Below the pieces are notes generated by a model. It saw only the letters and a program-made list of their open reading frames with translations, did not search any database and was not told the origin of the DNA. The position numbers were made by a program, and so were the translations under genes. A stretch of DNA of 64,000 nucleotides, taken from the NCBI GenBank assembly GCA_964035545.1, contig OZ037771.1, positions 9,045,408-9,109,407 of the forward strand, written 5' to 3'. Below, piece by piece: positions 47,455 through 63,460 of the stretch; within the stretch, counting starts at the first letter, position 1, and each line of letters begins with the position of its first letter. This DNA comes from Bugula neritina (Eukaryota; Animalia; Bryozoa).

Positions 47455-50400
47455 ATATGTGACCAGTCGCGATAAAACCGGGGATGTGGCGGCGTTCATA
47501 AAGTGTAGTAAATGAAGGTTTAATTTGGAAATACTGAAAATTGAAATTAATTTCTAATTTTTAGATTTTAAACTTCTCTAATGCAAAAGAATCCAAGGAT
47601 TTCAAAAATCATATTTTTACAAGCATTTGATAATTCCTTCAGCTCTGAAATTGCATTTAAAGTTGGTAACTAAGGCATTCAATTTTTTAAATGATGAAAA
47701 AATTGCGAAGTTATCAAATAAAAAAAGAAGACAATTTAAGTCATCTTTTATAGATCCTGCATATTTAGTTTTTACCAAATGAATGTAGCTTACACCTTTT
47801 TCTTTGTATTGTCAAAAGTATTATATTTAAAATCGAAGGCTAGTTTTTGTTTTTCATCTTGCTCCATGCAAAATTAGCTTTTAATGTAATTAGTTACTGA
47901 GCTGTTTGCCCTTTGGTGATAAATGCTGAACTTAATCTTTATCTTTAGCGTTCAAGCTTGAAAATCACAACAACACAGGTAATTATCTTGAAAACAATCA
48001 TTTACGCTACTAACTTGAAATTGTTGCCAGGATTATTTGTAGTTGTCCATTTATTTATACTTGGTCTTACAATTAGTATTACACTTTCAATATGACTCAC
48101 AGTTTGAGTTCGAGGTACAGTTCCTCATAATGATAATCATAATGGACATCATCCATGATTTACTGGTACTTGGTAGTAAAACTAAATGTAGCTCACTAAC
48201 AGTAATGAATAATTATAAATTCACTATTTGAGGCTGAGTTTCCCTTCGGTCTTAAAACTTGTATTATATTTATTGATTTATTCTATTGGATTTGTTGATA
48301 TTTGAATTTACATTAGACTTACTCTTAGTATCTGTCTTAGATTTTGTCATTGCAGTTACTGATTACTATTACTATTAGGATTAGTAGTACTGACAGTTGA
48401 CAATTATTACAGCAAAGTTGTTAATAGATTTGAAGATGTTTAGAAATAAATATTATTTTAATTAAATATTATTTTTCAATATATTTTAATATGATCAAGC
48501 TATCATTTCTTTTTGTTATGTTTAAATTAGCTCAAAGTTTGATTTAAAATATAATGATAAAATCAATATGATTATAACATGATGCAGGCTTACTGTCAAA
48601 GCTCAAGTGATAATCATATTCATATTGATAAAAGCATCACCTATAACTAAATTGAAATGTTGAATGTGATTAAATGTAAATGAGTGTAATGATGCAAATA
48701 TTAATGCGAGTTAAAATGGATCTATAGTTGACTGACTTAGTTTTTTAATATGCTACCTTTAGTCTTATAGTGAGTAGTAACACTAACTAAATGCATTAAT
48801 AGTCTCAACTTTCTAACTTTATTATAAAAAGGGAGTACAAATCCATTCATATTTAAAAGTAATTAGTTGAATTCAAATTTATTTTATAGTAACTATCTTT
48901 AATAGATTCAGTTGCACTTGGGTCATTTTACTTGATTTAGTACACACTGGAAATATCCAGTTTTAGCCATTTTCTACATTTTAGCTGCTAATGAATATGG
49001 GTTTTTGTCCAAAACTAGTAAAATATTCATAAATACACCTCAATAATCAAGGTTATTTTTAAATTTGCTTGATTCCCATATTTTTTCTTAATTATTCAGC
49101 TACTTTCGATTGCGGACCGTTATGGTTATTTCGCAACGGTCCGCAATTCAAATTAGCTAAATAAAAAGGAAAAAACATGGGAAATGAAGCAAAATTAAGA
49201 GGAACCTTGATTATTTCGGCGTATTTATTGATATTTTACTAGTTTTGGGCAAAAAACCCATGTTCATTAGCAGCTAAATTGTGAACAATAGCTAAAAACT
49301 AGATATTTCTAGTGCGTACTAAATTAAGTACAATGACCCACTTAGCTAACTCCTTTTACTCAATTAAATGCCCGAGTGGTAAATAGTTACCAAAAAACTG
49401 CTCCAATATTGCCAATTGTAGATTTGCTAAATATTCAAGTGTATAATAGCTAATTTTACTAATAATACTATGTTAGTATTCAATAATCTAATATTGTGTA
49501 CATTTTAGAAAGTAGACTTGTAAGGGCATCAGAGTGAAGACTTTTACCTACGCAACTCTGCTACATATCAATCTTATACTTCTAATGCAGACTCTTTGAA
49601 TTTTCGCTTGCATGGTTATGGCTTTTGCTTATTTCACACATAAAAAAGGTTTGCAGTCTTTAAATGATGTGCTTGAAAATGTTCAAGTTTTTTAATTTAA
49701 ATTGTTCTGTTTAATTCAATAAATTTAAATGTTGGTAAAATGCAGAATCACAACTGCTGCCATAATAGTACCAGAACAGTGTTTAACCAACTACTTTTCT
49801 ATAATATTTATTTTCTAATCAAACTACTATTTCCTTATGTTATTTAAAAAAACTCAACATTAAACTTTCAGCTCTGGAAAAGACAGTAAGTGGGTAGATT
49901 GGCAGGATGGACGTCAAGTAGCAGCATATACAACTGCTGGAAAATCAATTAATGACAGTGATGAAGCTTTTGCCACACACATGATGTTATGTATCCACAC
50001 TCCATAAACTAGTATTATGGAGAACAAAGTAGAAAGTTAAAAAGTGCCTTTTTGCAAAAACCATAGAAGCTACCTAATTTTCTTTTCTTGATAAGAATTA
50101 TTTCAAGCATAATGGTTGTATCAAGACTACATTTTTTACTGCATTTAACTAGTTTTTTTTAAATAATGTATTTGATGTTTTAAATGTGAATATTAATGCC
50201 TAAATAAAACTCAAAAGTTCTCATAGCTATTTTTCTGTTTATATTTTTAACATCTCGGCCAAATCAATTGCTAAATGTAGTTGCCGTTAGAGATTATAAA
50301 GATATTTCTGAATGAATTTCGCATGATCTCAAAATAGCAAAATAATGTTCCCATAAGTGCTATACTCATTAAGAAATAACTAGGAAAGAGCACGGCTCAA

Positions 50401-51006
50401 TAGCTGCAGTTTGACGTATTACACAATATACTAGAGGAGAGGAAGATATTCAGTGTATAACAGAAAACGACTGTCATTTTGTTTTACATAACTTCTTGCT
50501 TACTTGGTTGTCTAATTTAAATATCTCAACACACAAACTCGCTAGAACATCCTCTTTTTTGCTGGATTTGTTAAACCTTTCAACTAATAAACAAAATAAA
50601 AAGCGATTTGGCAAAAGGTTTGGCGACCATATTGGACCTGATTTTCAGTTGAAGCAGCATAAAATTTAGTTCACCAGAAAGCCCAAATTTTCACAAGTAT
50701 TTTGATACCAAATTTGTCACTATTCCTATTATAAAAAGGCTCGTTGCTAAAGGTTGTAAATTGTAAACAAATAATCTTAACTTATTCTAGAGTTGCCAAC
50801 TTCAAACTGAATTTTTTCAAAATAGTAAAATAGTAATTCTAAAAACGTTAAAGTTTTTAAATGTTGATATCTTGAGTTCTATTTGTACTAGAGACCTCAA
50901 ATAAAGTGCAAAATGTTTGAAAAAATCTGGTCTATCACTCTTTAATAATAATTGAGTTTTGACATTTCTATATACATCCCCTGTTTTGTGGTGCCAGGTC
51001 ACATAT
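47455..51006. mobile_element. Putative ~3.5 kb non-autonomous element with imperfect TIRs, superfamily unassigned
   Basis: Left end ATATGTGACCAGTCGCGATAAAACCGGGGATG; reverse complement of right end ATATGTGACCTGGCACCACAAAACAGGGGATG; a similar terminus occurs at ~61738. Confidence 0.5.
48920..49339. mobile_element. Fully foldback MITE, Sola2-like
   Basis: GGGTCATT...AATGACCC with ~200-bp imperfect arms; ACTT 4-bp TSD on both sides. Confidence 0.85.
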
Positions 51007-53155
51007 ACACATATAGAGCGGCTACACAATATTATCCTAGTCCATGTGACAGTTATCTTCCAACTGAGGCTGGGCGCCAGAAGGGGCTGTTTATATCTGA
51101 AGGGTTTGCTGTGATTGGCTGGTGGAGGGTTTCGGCGATGCCGCATAGAATTGCGGCATCGCTAACAGAGTTGTAGTTTCTTGGAACTTTATAATACTTC
51201 ATAATATAATACAATGTCACAACTCTGCTGCAAGTACTTATACAGGGGATGTTGGGGGGTATGCTTCCCACAGCCACTATACCATGACCCTTTCCTTGGA
51301 TTTATCTATTTATGTATGACAGTTTACTGTCGTACACCGTGATATATCTGTAAGCATTTTTGGCAAGATTTTCCAGGTTGCCAAATTTTCCTATCTTTTA
51401 AATAGGTTGACAAATCAGATGAAAATAAGATAATAAGCTGCTCTTTTAAGATTAAATTTTGAATCGTTGCACCCATCTATCCAAATAATTTTTCAGTCTA
51501 CTATTGGCTATTGTGGAGTTTCATCTTGCTCTATTTGACATTTTCTGAAGTTTTTTCAATATTATTTTTAGTGAGATTATATCGATGCAGAAAAGCTTGC
51601 AGTCTAACGGTTTGTTTTGTAGACAGCCTTGTAGAGGTATCTGTTGCTTTTCCTGCTTTTAATTAGTATTACAGTAAATCTATAAGTAATACGAATACTA
51701 GTAGTAATAGTACTTAATACAATTAGTGTTGCTATTTACTATTAGTCAATTACATTTACTATAACTGTAAGTATAAGTATTCAAAATGTCAAATTTCAAT
51801 GTAGAATACTAATACTAAATTCAATAGTAATACTAATACTAATAGTAATGAATAACCGTCTAATAAGATCAAGTACAGTATGTGCACGAGTATGACTATG
51901 TTATTGTTACTACTAGTAATATCACTATGACTATCAGTATTATCATCATTACCATTAATGGCATTATAATCATTAGACTCAGAGTCAGATTGAGTATGAG
52001 TGATACTCAATACTCTGTACCTATATTCTCACTGATAGCAATACTAATAGTATAGCAACAATATTAGCATTACTATTACTATTAGTATTAGTAATACTAA
52101 TACTAATAGTATTAGTGTAATACTAATAGTAATACTAATACTAATAGTTTCACTGTTGGTTTGGGTGCTACCGTCTTATACTGATAGTGATACTGATAGC
52201 ATTTCAATTTGTAATTTGAATTACCATTAGTAATGCCATTTGTATCAGTATTACTTTACAGTTTACAATCAATTTGAATTTAAACAGTGAGTGTAACAGT
52301 GACATAGTGATAGTCACAGTGAAAGTGTGTGCGACTATAAGTATAAGTATTACTATTACTATTAGTAAGTTAGTATTAGTATAACTATAACTATAGGATT
52401 AAGTATAACTATAAGATTAGGCATTACTATTACTATTAGTATTACTATTAGTAATACTATTAGTATTAGTATTACTATTAGTAATACTTATACTAATACT
52501 AATACTAATAGTAATACTAATAGTAATACTAATAGTATAAGATTAAGTATAACATTAGCACTCGACAGTATAACTAATATTAAGATTATACTATGTACTA
52601 CTATACTATTTTAAATACTATCATTATCGTAGTACATATTCATAGTGATAGTAATAGGACAGCTGTACAAGTATTGCATTGTATTACAATTATTATTATA
52701 AGTATAACTATTAACTTTTCAAGTAGAGATAACAGTTCGACGACGGCTTGATGTTTACCTTGACCTTTACCTGAGTCCTTGCTTCTTAGCGTTATAGCCA
52801 TCGAACTCAATAATATCCAGCTCAGTGGTAACAACTGTGAATGATTCTACAATAAGCAGCATCGAGCTGGTGGTGCCGGACTATTTTAGTTCGGGGAGTC
52901 CCACAATAATAATATTTTGTTTCTGTGGAATTACCCTGGGATTCTTTAGGGGATAACTCTGAAACCATAATAAATTTTAGGAAGAAATGTTGGGATTACT
53001 TCACCAAACCAGTGTGATATAACATGAACTTCAACCCTTTGCACCAAACCGAATGTTCCTTTAATTAAAAAGACCGGGATTAACAAGCCCGAACCCCAAC
53101 ATGTAAATTTACCTCAAAAGCTTGTATTCTTTATTGAACACACGACATTCTAGAA

Positions 53156-53487
53156 CAGGGTGTCCAACCTTTACAGAGCAAGGGCTACAATAATAGAATA
53201 TTCTGGTGATGAGGGCCACGTTATAAAATTTAGCTTGACCTGGAGGGGCCACAGCATCAGTGTTCTTCAAATTACTTAATTCAAAATTTCTATGAATCAT
53301 TACACAATGATGTTCCAATAATTATTGCAGGTTATATCAGTGCATGTTTTTAGCCTTTTAAAGGTGTTTTTCGATGAAATTCATATTTTTGTGCAAAATA
53401 ATTTTCTTGTTGTTATGCCCTTGAGGGCTACATAAGTATAGACTGGGGGCTACATCTGGCCCTGGGGCCGTCTGTTGGGCAGCTTTG
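53156..53487. mobile_element. hAT (Charlie-like) MITE
   Basis: 8-bp TSD TTCTAGAA on both sides; CAGGGTGTCCAAC / GTTGGGCAGCTTTG ends; GGGCCAC-type subterminal motifs. Confidence 0.8.
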
Positions 53488-54127
53488 TTCTAGAACATAG
53501 TAAAGGTACTCATGACTATAAAACCAGTTAGTCTCTATAGCCGTATTATTTACATGTGAGCAGCGAATGAATACTCACTCTCTGTAATCAGAAAGAGTAA
53601 GGCATGTTAGTGAAAAAAGTTTAGTATCAACCACATCAACTTGTCATTCCTAGTATCTTTTAGAAAATGTATTATTTACATAGTGTATCACAATTGATTT
53701 ACAGCTAATAACGCTCAGTAAAATATAAGAAATTTATTATTGCAAAAATTGCAAAGTATTGTGGTAAAAATTAGTTGAATCTAATAAAATATTGCTAGGA
53801 TTCTAACAAGTCATCAGATAATCAGAGTACTTGTGTTTCACGAGCACTATTATAAAACAAGTCAGCGGTCTTACTGCATTATTTGATAAAAGGCAATGAA
53901 AATTAGTAGAACTTGCGAAATACTGCCTCTACTAATTAAATTTTATAAGATTGTCAAATTTTTAATACAATTACATTACGAGTTTTATAATTATATATAG
54001 AATAAAATTATTGGCTTGCAAATACGTAAAAGTATAATTTGTACTTTTGAAAAGCTTGAGCAGTAACAATAAGCATAACAAATATAATGAGACAATTGCT
54101 ATATATTGCTAATGGTTAGCCAGTGTG

Positions 54128-57100
54128 TCATAGCTTCAAGATCTGATCATGGTAAGCTTCAGTCCACCTCTTTTCTATGTCATTAAAAGTTTGATTCCAG
54201 GAATGAAGTATTTTCCTAACTTGTCGCTGATCATCTGCTGTACAGGCTAGTATCATTTGCTGGAAGTTAGAGTCAATAGGACCTGCTTGCTCAGCACTAC
54301 ACGCATTAAGATACATTGTGATCATCTTTTTACCACCATCTATGTTAGAGCTAACTTTATTTTCTAGTTCTGTGAGAAGTATCTTTACATTACTATATGC
54401 CTGCTCTTGATCTGCTGTTCTTGGAATGTCTACTTTAATATTGACAGATAATAACCGCAGCATAACTCTGTCGGTATTAGCTTCTATTTCTTCCCTATGA
54501 CCTGCATATTACAATATACACACCACAAGTACGTATGTGTGAGTAGTGAGTACTATATACCAAATGTATTTAAAGACAAATATCGGATCTGTTACAATTA
54601 TAATGCAAGACCTGTATCTACAGAGCACTTTTCAATTACTCATTAATTGTTACCTGAAGGTTTGTAAAAAGTTGGAGCATATGCAAATACAGTAAGAAAA
54701 TTATTCAACACTACAGAATGACTTCAAAGATGCCTTATACTAATTACATGTGTCAGATAATGATAAGAGATTATTCTCATGCAAATGGTTCTTCAAATTT
54801 ATTAATTGTAAATACAAAAATCCTACCAGAAGCTAATGCTGATTGATTGATGGTTTGAGAAATATTAGTAAGAAATTTGGTGAGTTGCACTTTTTGTTCT
54901 TCAAGTTTAGATGCTGCTAGTCTGAGATTCTCAACTTGTGTTTCTAGCTCATCTAACTTCCCAACAATAGCCTCATTGTTATCTGACAATACACCAGAAT
55001 CGGAAAAATGGAGTGAGGACTTCATCGATTCACTTGCATCTAAAACAAAAAAAGTTTAACTATATATCACTCACTTCTCAACGTGAAGCCCCCGAGAGTT
55101 ATAAACTATGCTTGAACAAGAGTATGAAAAGAGTAAAATTATTTGATGGTCTGTCTGAAACCCATCAAGTGTTAAAACATAATATATTGCTCATGAAGTC
55201 AAAAAAAACATTTATAAATATTATAGAAATTGTATATAACATTTTTAGCATTTGCATAAAACAAATAGAATATGCTTCAATTAGAGATAAACAGCACCTT
55301 GTAAGTGTAAAATATTTGTAGTAAAAAACTTAGCTTTGCCAAAACCAAAAACCCAGGCTTTTATGAAATTATATCAAATGACTACACTTTTAAAGTGGAC
55401 ATTCTTATAATTAATCGCTTACCATTGCCTTAAATTTACTATTTGTAGACTATTTATACCCATCATACTAAAATATTAACACTGTCTAGAAACCTGAAAT
55501 CTTTGTGCTAGAAAATCAAATCAAACTAGCATCAAAGCCCCAATGTTGAAAAATCAGCTACATTAGGCTGATCATGCTTTCAGGACAAAAAGCAATCATC
55601 TGCCAAAATGGTTCTGTTTGGTGAACTGCGTGGTGACCAACAGAACATCAGCGTGGTTTTATAGAAAAATTATAAGACTTAAGGTTGCACTACAGCATTT
55701 GGACAAGACTTGCTTTTAACTATTTATTATATAGTGTCAGCATTTTAGGATGAACTCCATACAGGTTTTAAAATCTGGAAAAGACTGATAATTTCTTCAT
55801 ATGCTGCTATCTGATATTTCCACTCGAGCCATTCTGTGAGCTTGTCCATGAGTGACATTGTTTTCAACCACCAACTTCACGATTTTTTCAATATTGTTGA
55901 TCTGATTCACTGCTCTAACATTCGTTGATTGAGGTTGGTCTGAGTTTTCTGAGCTCTCTACGCAGTATAGGCAGTGCCAACGTACCCCTTGCTGGCTATC
56001 TTGGTTACTGTTAATATTTCATTGGGACGTAGATCCTGACACTTTTGACTTTAATTTTCCTACTCTTCCTCCCTCTGTAGTGTGCACTCAGATTCACCAC
56101 AGGTAGCACATTTTCCCTCACGGCTTCAATTTTGGTCCTCAGTCCCCGCAACCAACTGACAGCTGTTTAGTCTTGCCAGGTGTAGGTTGAGATAAAACTG
56201 AACCTGATATCATTTTCTTCCAATTCACAGGGACCGTTGTTGTTCACAAACAAATGCAATGTTGATTGCTTCTTTTGATGATGATTGATTATCAATAACA
56301 ATAAGTATCAGTATGACTGCGAATATCAGTATCAGTATGTTAATGTCAATGTGATTATTATTAATTATTATCAATTAGTATTAGTATTACCATTAGGTTG
56401 TTGTCAAAATTATCCTGTTCTCAGGGTCGCTAGTTTTGGTAATTATTATTATATTAATATAAACTAAAACAGTATCAATATGAATACAGCAAAATATATT
56501 CAGCAATGTGCTCTAAATGGACTTAGAGGCAGTCCCTAGTTTTTATGATAATTTTGATTCAATATTCATAATGATAAATATTCGAATTATCATTTTTATT
56601 TTTATGTCAAGACGCCATCGCCATGACCTCAGAAATTTTGATAATGATAATCTGATTAATCGTAATACTAATAAATATAACTATACCTATAGTATAGGTA
56701 TAAGTATTGCATTTAATTGTACTATTACTATACTAATAGTAATACTAATACTGTAATACAGTAAGTGTAACAGTAATACTAATAGTAATACTTATACTTA
56801 TAGTTATACTTATACTAACACTGACTGTACACTAAGTTAGTGATACTCATACACTGATACAGTCACTAGTCAGTCAGTATCATACACTCATACAGTCATA
56901 CTCATACTGTAAGTCAAAGTGTTACTCAGTTAGTGACTAACACTTTGACTTACAGTAACAGTATCAGTGTGAGTATCAGTATCAGTATCAGTATGACTAT
57001 CACTATGATACTGCTATGAGTATGAGTATGACTCAAGTATGAGTAGGAGTATACTTGAGTTATACTATCAGAGTATCAGTATCATTGTGATTGCATCAAC

Positions 57101-57264
57101 TAATAATAATATTAATAACTTAAACTAAAACTATGCTATGTTAATATTTTAACTTTCAGTAAACTCTGATAGGTGATATCATATTATAATAATGAATATT
57201 AACAATAATATAATTAAATTACTATTAAAGTCTAATTCCTTTCTAAACTCTCACCTTCCCCCAT
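54128..57264 (-). CDS. BAG2: BAG family molecular chaperone regulator 2; exons 57264-57255, 55039-54827, 54501-54128
   Basis: LDELETQVENLRLAASKLEEQK and REEIEANTDRVMLRLLSVNIKVDIPR...YLNACS...GPIDSNFQQMILACTADDQRQVRKIL match BAG2. Micro-exon ATGGGGGAAG|gt joins in phase; this first exon is less certain. Confidence 0.88.
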
Positions 57265-60200
57265 TTTTTGATGCGGCTTTGGAATTATTCTCTTTTAAAT
57301 GCGTGCAGACTAAGTGAGACTTCAGATAAATAGATACAGCCACTGAACTGAAACTGGCGGCGTCGTTCAATGGATACAGCGCTCAGAGAGTACACGAAAA
57401 TTAGAGACAACTCCTAAGTGAAGCGGTATGAATTATGATGATTATAATAATATTATTATGATCATCAAAAGTGTCCAATTATTATGTACGGCGTGCGCGT
57501 ATCGACTGTCAAAAAGCAACTAATATAATATAATTGCAATTATAAATTATAATAAAATTATCTGCAACAGAGTATTGCATTAGAACTTATAAGTATACAT
57601 AAAAGTGCTGCAAGCTAAGATTAAATTGAGGCCATAGCCTATTTGTTACAGAAAGACCTTAACCCACTAGTATAGGGACAAAACAGCAGCCTAGTCTATA
57701 TAGTTTGTATAGTCTTTATAGTTCAGTCTAGATTGATCTTTATCAATCTGTGTAAGAAAAATTTTCTGTTTAACATGATCATTAGAATACTTGCAGACTA
57801 CACATATATCTCTATAAATTATATATAGCTAGAGGTTCTTAGTGTGTAAAGCTATTATAAGAGAGGGGAGGGAGAGGAGGAAGGCAGATTTGACACATGT
57901 TTAATGTAAGCTGATGGCATAAATGACTAAACTATATTTCGAGGTAATTACAAACAATTCTTCTAAACTGTATGCACTGCACGCAAGAAAAATTATATGG
58001 CAGAGTTAGCAGCCCTGGCTAAGTAAACGTAATATTGTTGATCATGATTGTCAATAATAAACTGTTGATCAGAGTGTAAAACTCTGGAAAATAATATTAT
58101 AGAGTGCCTCTACAAATAAATTAATGTTTCCAATTTCAAAATTCATTCTTGACTAGACAACTGCATTATTCGTAGTCAGAATGGCAAATAATTATATGTC
58201 TCAACATGTAAGAGAATAGTAATGCATAAACTTTAATTGTTGATGTTTGTGTTTCATTTAACCACATGTCACGGACATTACATGTAGCTGCTGCAGCAGT
58301 TTAGTGTATATTGTCAATACCAATGTATAGTTATCATTAATGTCTGACTGAGGCCATATTAGGTTTTTACATTCCATTCTGATTGTTTATAATTAATTAT
58401 TTGAGTAATTTTATTTATATGAGTATATGCTCAGCCTCAAGTATAGTTTATCATATATGAATTTTTTCGCACATTCTCTCTGGCTTAGAGGACATGACAA
58501 AATATACCCAGTACCTAATAAAGAGTATCTTGAACGACTAATTAATGCAGTGCATCTTTTACTTACCAACATCTACAACCACAATAACAATAATTGTGAT
58601 AAAGACAGCAGTTAGGGCATACGTGCTGTTCTCTATAATATGCTCATGCTGAGCAGAAGTGTTAGCATAAAAATTAATGTTATTATGCACTATGCAGTCG
58701 AGACAACCATTCATGGCAAAATGCCGACGAGAGTTATACTCTTTTAATTTTTCGACTCCAGAGTCTACTTTTCGAGCTGTTCTAAAGTCTTTGTTTAACA
58801 ATAATAAACAAAATTAAAAATGATATTTTTATTTTTATGCCATAAATTGTTTAATATAAAAACACATGTATGTATCTTTCAATTTGTCTTTGCTTTTATT
58901 AGAGAGTTTCAACAGTTTCCGGACAACTAAACAACTAGCGGTAAGTCAGTTGAGACTATATTTATAATTTTATTTAACTCTTCCTAAACCTTATACTTAT
59001 GTCTTATAGTGCATCTGTTTGGCATTTGTCAAATAAATGTAATCATAATGTGTTTTAGGTGCATTTGAACTAATTTGTTTTTATTGAGTGTGATGATTAC
59101 TCATACTGTTAGTGTTGGTAACTAAGAGTAAAACTAAAAGTAAGAGTAAGACTAACTCTAAGTCAAAGTGAAAGTCACTAACTCTAAGACTTATCGTAGA
59201 CTAAGAGTAAGAGTTAGTCTAACAGTTACACTTACAGTATGAGTAACACTAACTTTAAGAGCAAGACTAAGAGTAAGACTAAGAGAAAAAGTCTTACGTT
59301 ACTGTAAAAGTGTTTCACTTTGAGTTTGACTCAAACTTTCATGACACTGACAGTGACTTACGTATTTAAATTGAAATACAAGTTTAGATATATCCTCTAC
59401 TGAGCTTGCAGTTTTAGTTTACTTTACATTTAGCCCTAGGCGTTTAGTTTAATTTTAAGTTTTAGTTTAAAGTAATGAAATACATGTTGATGTTTACGTT
59501 ACAGTTACACTATTAGTATTACTGTTAGCAAGTGTGTTACTGTTAGTGTTAGTGTTACACATTGATTTGGACTTAGTAGGTTACACTTACTGTGACTAAC
59601 AGTTACAGTGTTAATTTTACCATTGGTGTTACTATTACTAATAATACTATTACTATTAGTACTACTAGTGTTTAGTGTTACTGTTACAGTCAAACTCAAT
59701 GTCATGATGATATTCATAATGATAAGAAGTTAACTGACTATGAGTTACAGTAACTGTAAGTGAGAGTGTGTAACTAACTCTAAAACTTGCACTTACTCTT
59801 CCCTTTACTCATTTGCTCTTATTCTTATAGTTCGGAAAAGAGGTCGGTCACTCATAGTCATTATGATTGTAATTATTACTTTAATTACGGCTATCACAAT
59901 TTTAATGACTATAATAGTGACAATGTGAATAAATTCATTTCAATACTGAATATAAATACTAAGTTAAACAAAGTCATAGTGTTGCACTATACACTTAATT
60001 TTAGTTTTACAGTTACCGTATGACTATATGAGTATGCAATAATACACTGATTTTAAGTCTAACATCTATCCTATACTAATACAGTATGATTATACTTCTG
60101 CTAATACTTGTAGGTATACTTATACTTCAAGTTTATTACTTGATGATAATCTTACAGTTATGCCTATAGCAATACTCAATACTTATTATTTGAAAACGAC

Positions 60201-61841
60201 TTTAATTTCTGTCAAGCCTAATGTTGAAGAATATTGTGCTTACACTAGGCACTTGAAAATGTATATATGGTATATTATAATTTATATTTATATTAATCTT
60301 CATTTATACAAACAATTACTATTTGCATTAATAATTATCCATTTATTATTACTTTATTATTACATTGATGGTTTATATATTTTAAGTTATGACTTTTGAT
60401 TCAATATGAATATCCAGTAATTGACGTGTTGAATTATAATTGAGAATACTGTTAAAAAGGTATTTCACATTAATATTAAAGCTAAAAGTGTGGTTCACAT
60501 GATTATCATTATAACAATGACAATGTGTGTTAGCCACTCAGACATATTATAATGACAAGCATATTATAGTCTGAATACCACAGGTAGGTTTGCCTAGGTA
60601 TATGTCTATGGCTTTGTGCTTGGTATAGCTGCTAACTTGATTAATATGGAAATCAAGCTATTACTGAAAAACTAATAGTATAAAACTTGGATTAAGTTTA
60701 AACTAATATATATCCCACAGTGAACAATTCTCAGCAGATATTTTATTTTATGTAAAACTAGGTTGTTTTGATTCTAGATTGTTTATATATAAATTTTACA
60801 TTAATAAAACTGTATCTTACTTTTAATTTTTAGCAGCACTAACTTGTACCTGTAAATTATATTCTAGCTTGTGCTATGGTTTCACTCATTAAATTATGTC
60901 TACATATTATAAAACATAGATTAGGCTCCTTTGCTTGCCAGTAGCGTTTGAGACTGAAACACTAGTTATAATCTATAGTCTGTAACATACTCATCATATT
61001 TGTTGAACTACCTATCAAGTCAAAAAGTATTTTTATAGTTTTTCAACAAGGCCTATCCGGTTTGCTTGTGTGACATAGTAAATTTCTAAACTTATAAATT
61101 TCTTCTTGCGATTTTGACATTGCAAAATTGCCTAATATTTATATGTAGTATATTCATGTTGAATTCATGTGAAATTTAACAAATGAAAGTGAATGTTAAA
61201 AAAGGTGTATTGTTCAAGGAACAAAAGTTTTATAATTTGAACTTTTGATGAGAAAGAGATTTTTGCTTTAATTTATTTTTTTGACTCGCTCTTTGCTATC
61301 TACTTGAAAAAAAGATCATCCTTTACAGAAATGTCTCATTTTGTACAAAAACAAGCCTGATATAGTTTTGCTTTAAATTTTACTCTTCCTATACTTTCCT
61401 GTGCTTGTGTGGCACCATCCAGCTAATCGTAAACATTGTTTTTAGAGGCTTTCTGGGTGGTCAATAAGTGGTCCTGTTGGTTAATATATTATGGCAGTAA
61501 TCTGATAAGCAAAGGTATGGTGATAGTTTATGATCTTTCAAAAGTAAAATTATCATGAGTTTGCAGTACACCTTATACAGCCACTGTTAATTCAATGAAA
61601 ATTAACAAGTCTGGTTGTATGTATGTATGCGTCATATCATAAAGTGTTCTCTTCAATTCCACAGCACTGAGCTTGTCAAAAATGTTTTGCTGTGAAAACG
61701 CTAAAAATTAAGTTGATTACACGAGTATGAAATTCACATATGTGACCCAGGCAGTCAGAAAAGCACTTTGTGACAAAATTCAAATTTTTAGTTAATGCTT
61801 GATTCTTATTTGCCTCTTTATACTGATTGATTTGCAGTTTA

Positions 61842-61891
61842 AATTTTTGAAATCGGACTACTATTATAATAGTAGTCCGATTTCAAAAATT
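61842..61891. repeat. Perfect 50-bp palindrome without spacer
   Basis: AATTTTTGAAATCGGACTACTATTA|TAATAGTAGTCCGATTTCAAAAATT. Confidence 0.92.
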
Positions 61892-62034
61892 CAAATGCTT
61901 TTGAGATCTTAACAGGTAAATAGCTCCGATATTTTATGATCAGATTTGGTAGGATGCCAATATTTTCAACAGGCTAAAGTATAAATGTTAAGTTGTTGAT
62001 GGACTGTTATAGGTCTATCAAACAGGCAGGAGAT

Positions 62035-63306
<1,272 letters not shown>

Positions 63307-63460
63307 GTAAGTTGAACTTGCAGTGCTTTTATATCACTAGAAAACTTAATATGCTTCACTAACTCGGCAGAGCAAAAATATGCGTGCTCTAAGAAAATAA
63401 TTCTTACCATTTAACAGAGTAGATGTGTTATATAAACATTATATGAATGTTTTTATTGAT

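Noticed and set aside
55740-56230. Possible extra BAG2 exon or LINE ORF1 remnant (KCATCGE...IEKIVKLVVENNV)
   Set aside because: Stops in all frames, and BAG2 splices in phase without it; resemblance to a LINE ORF1 is too weak to call.
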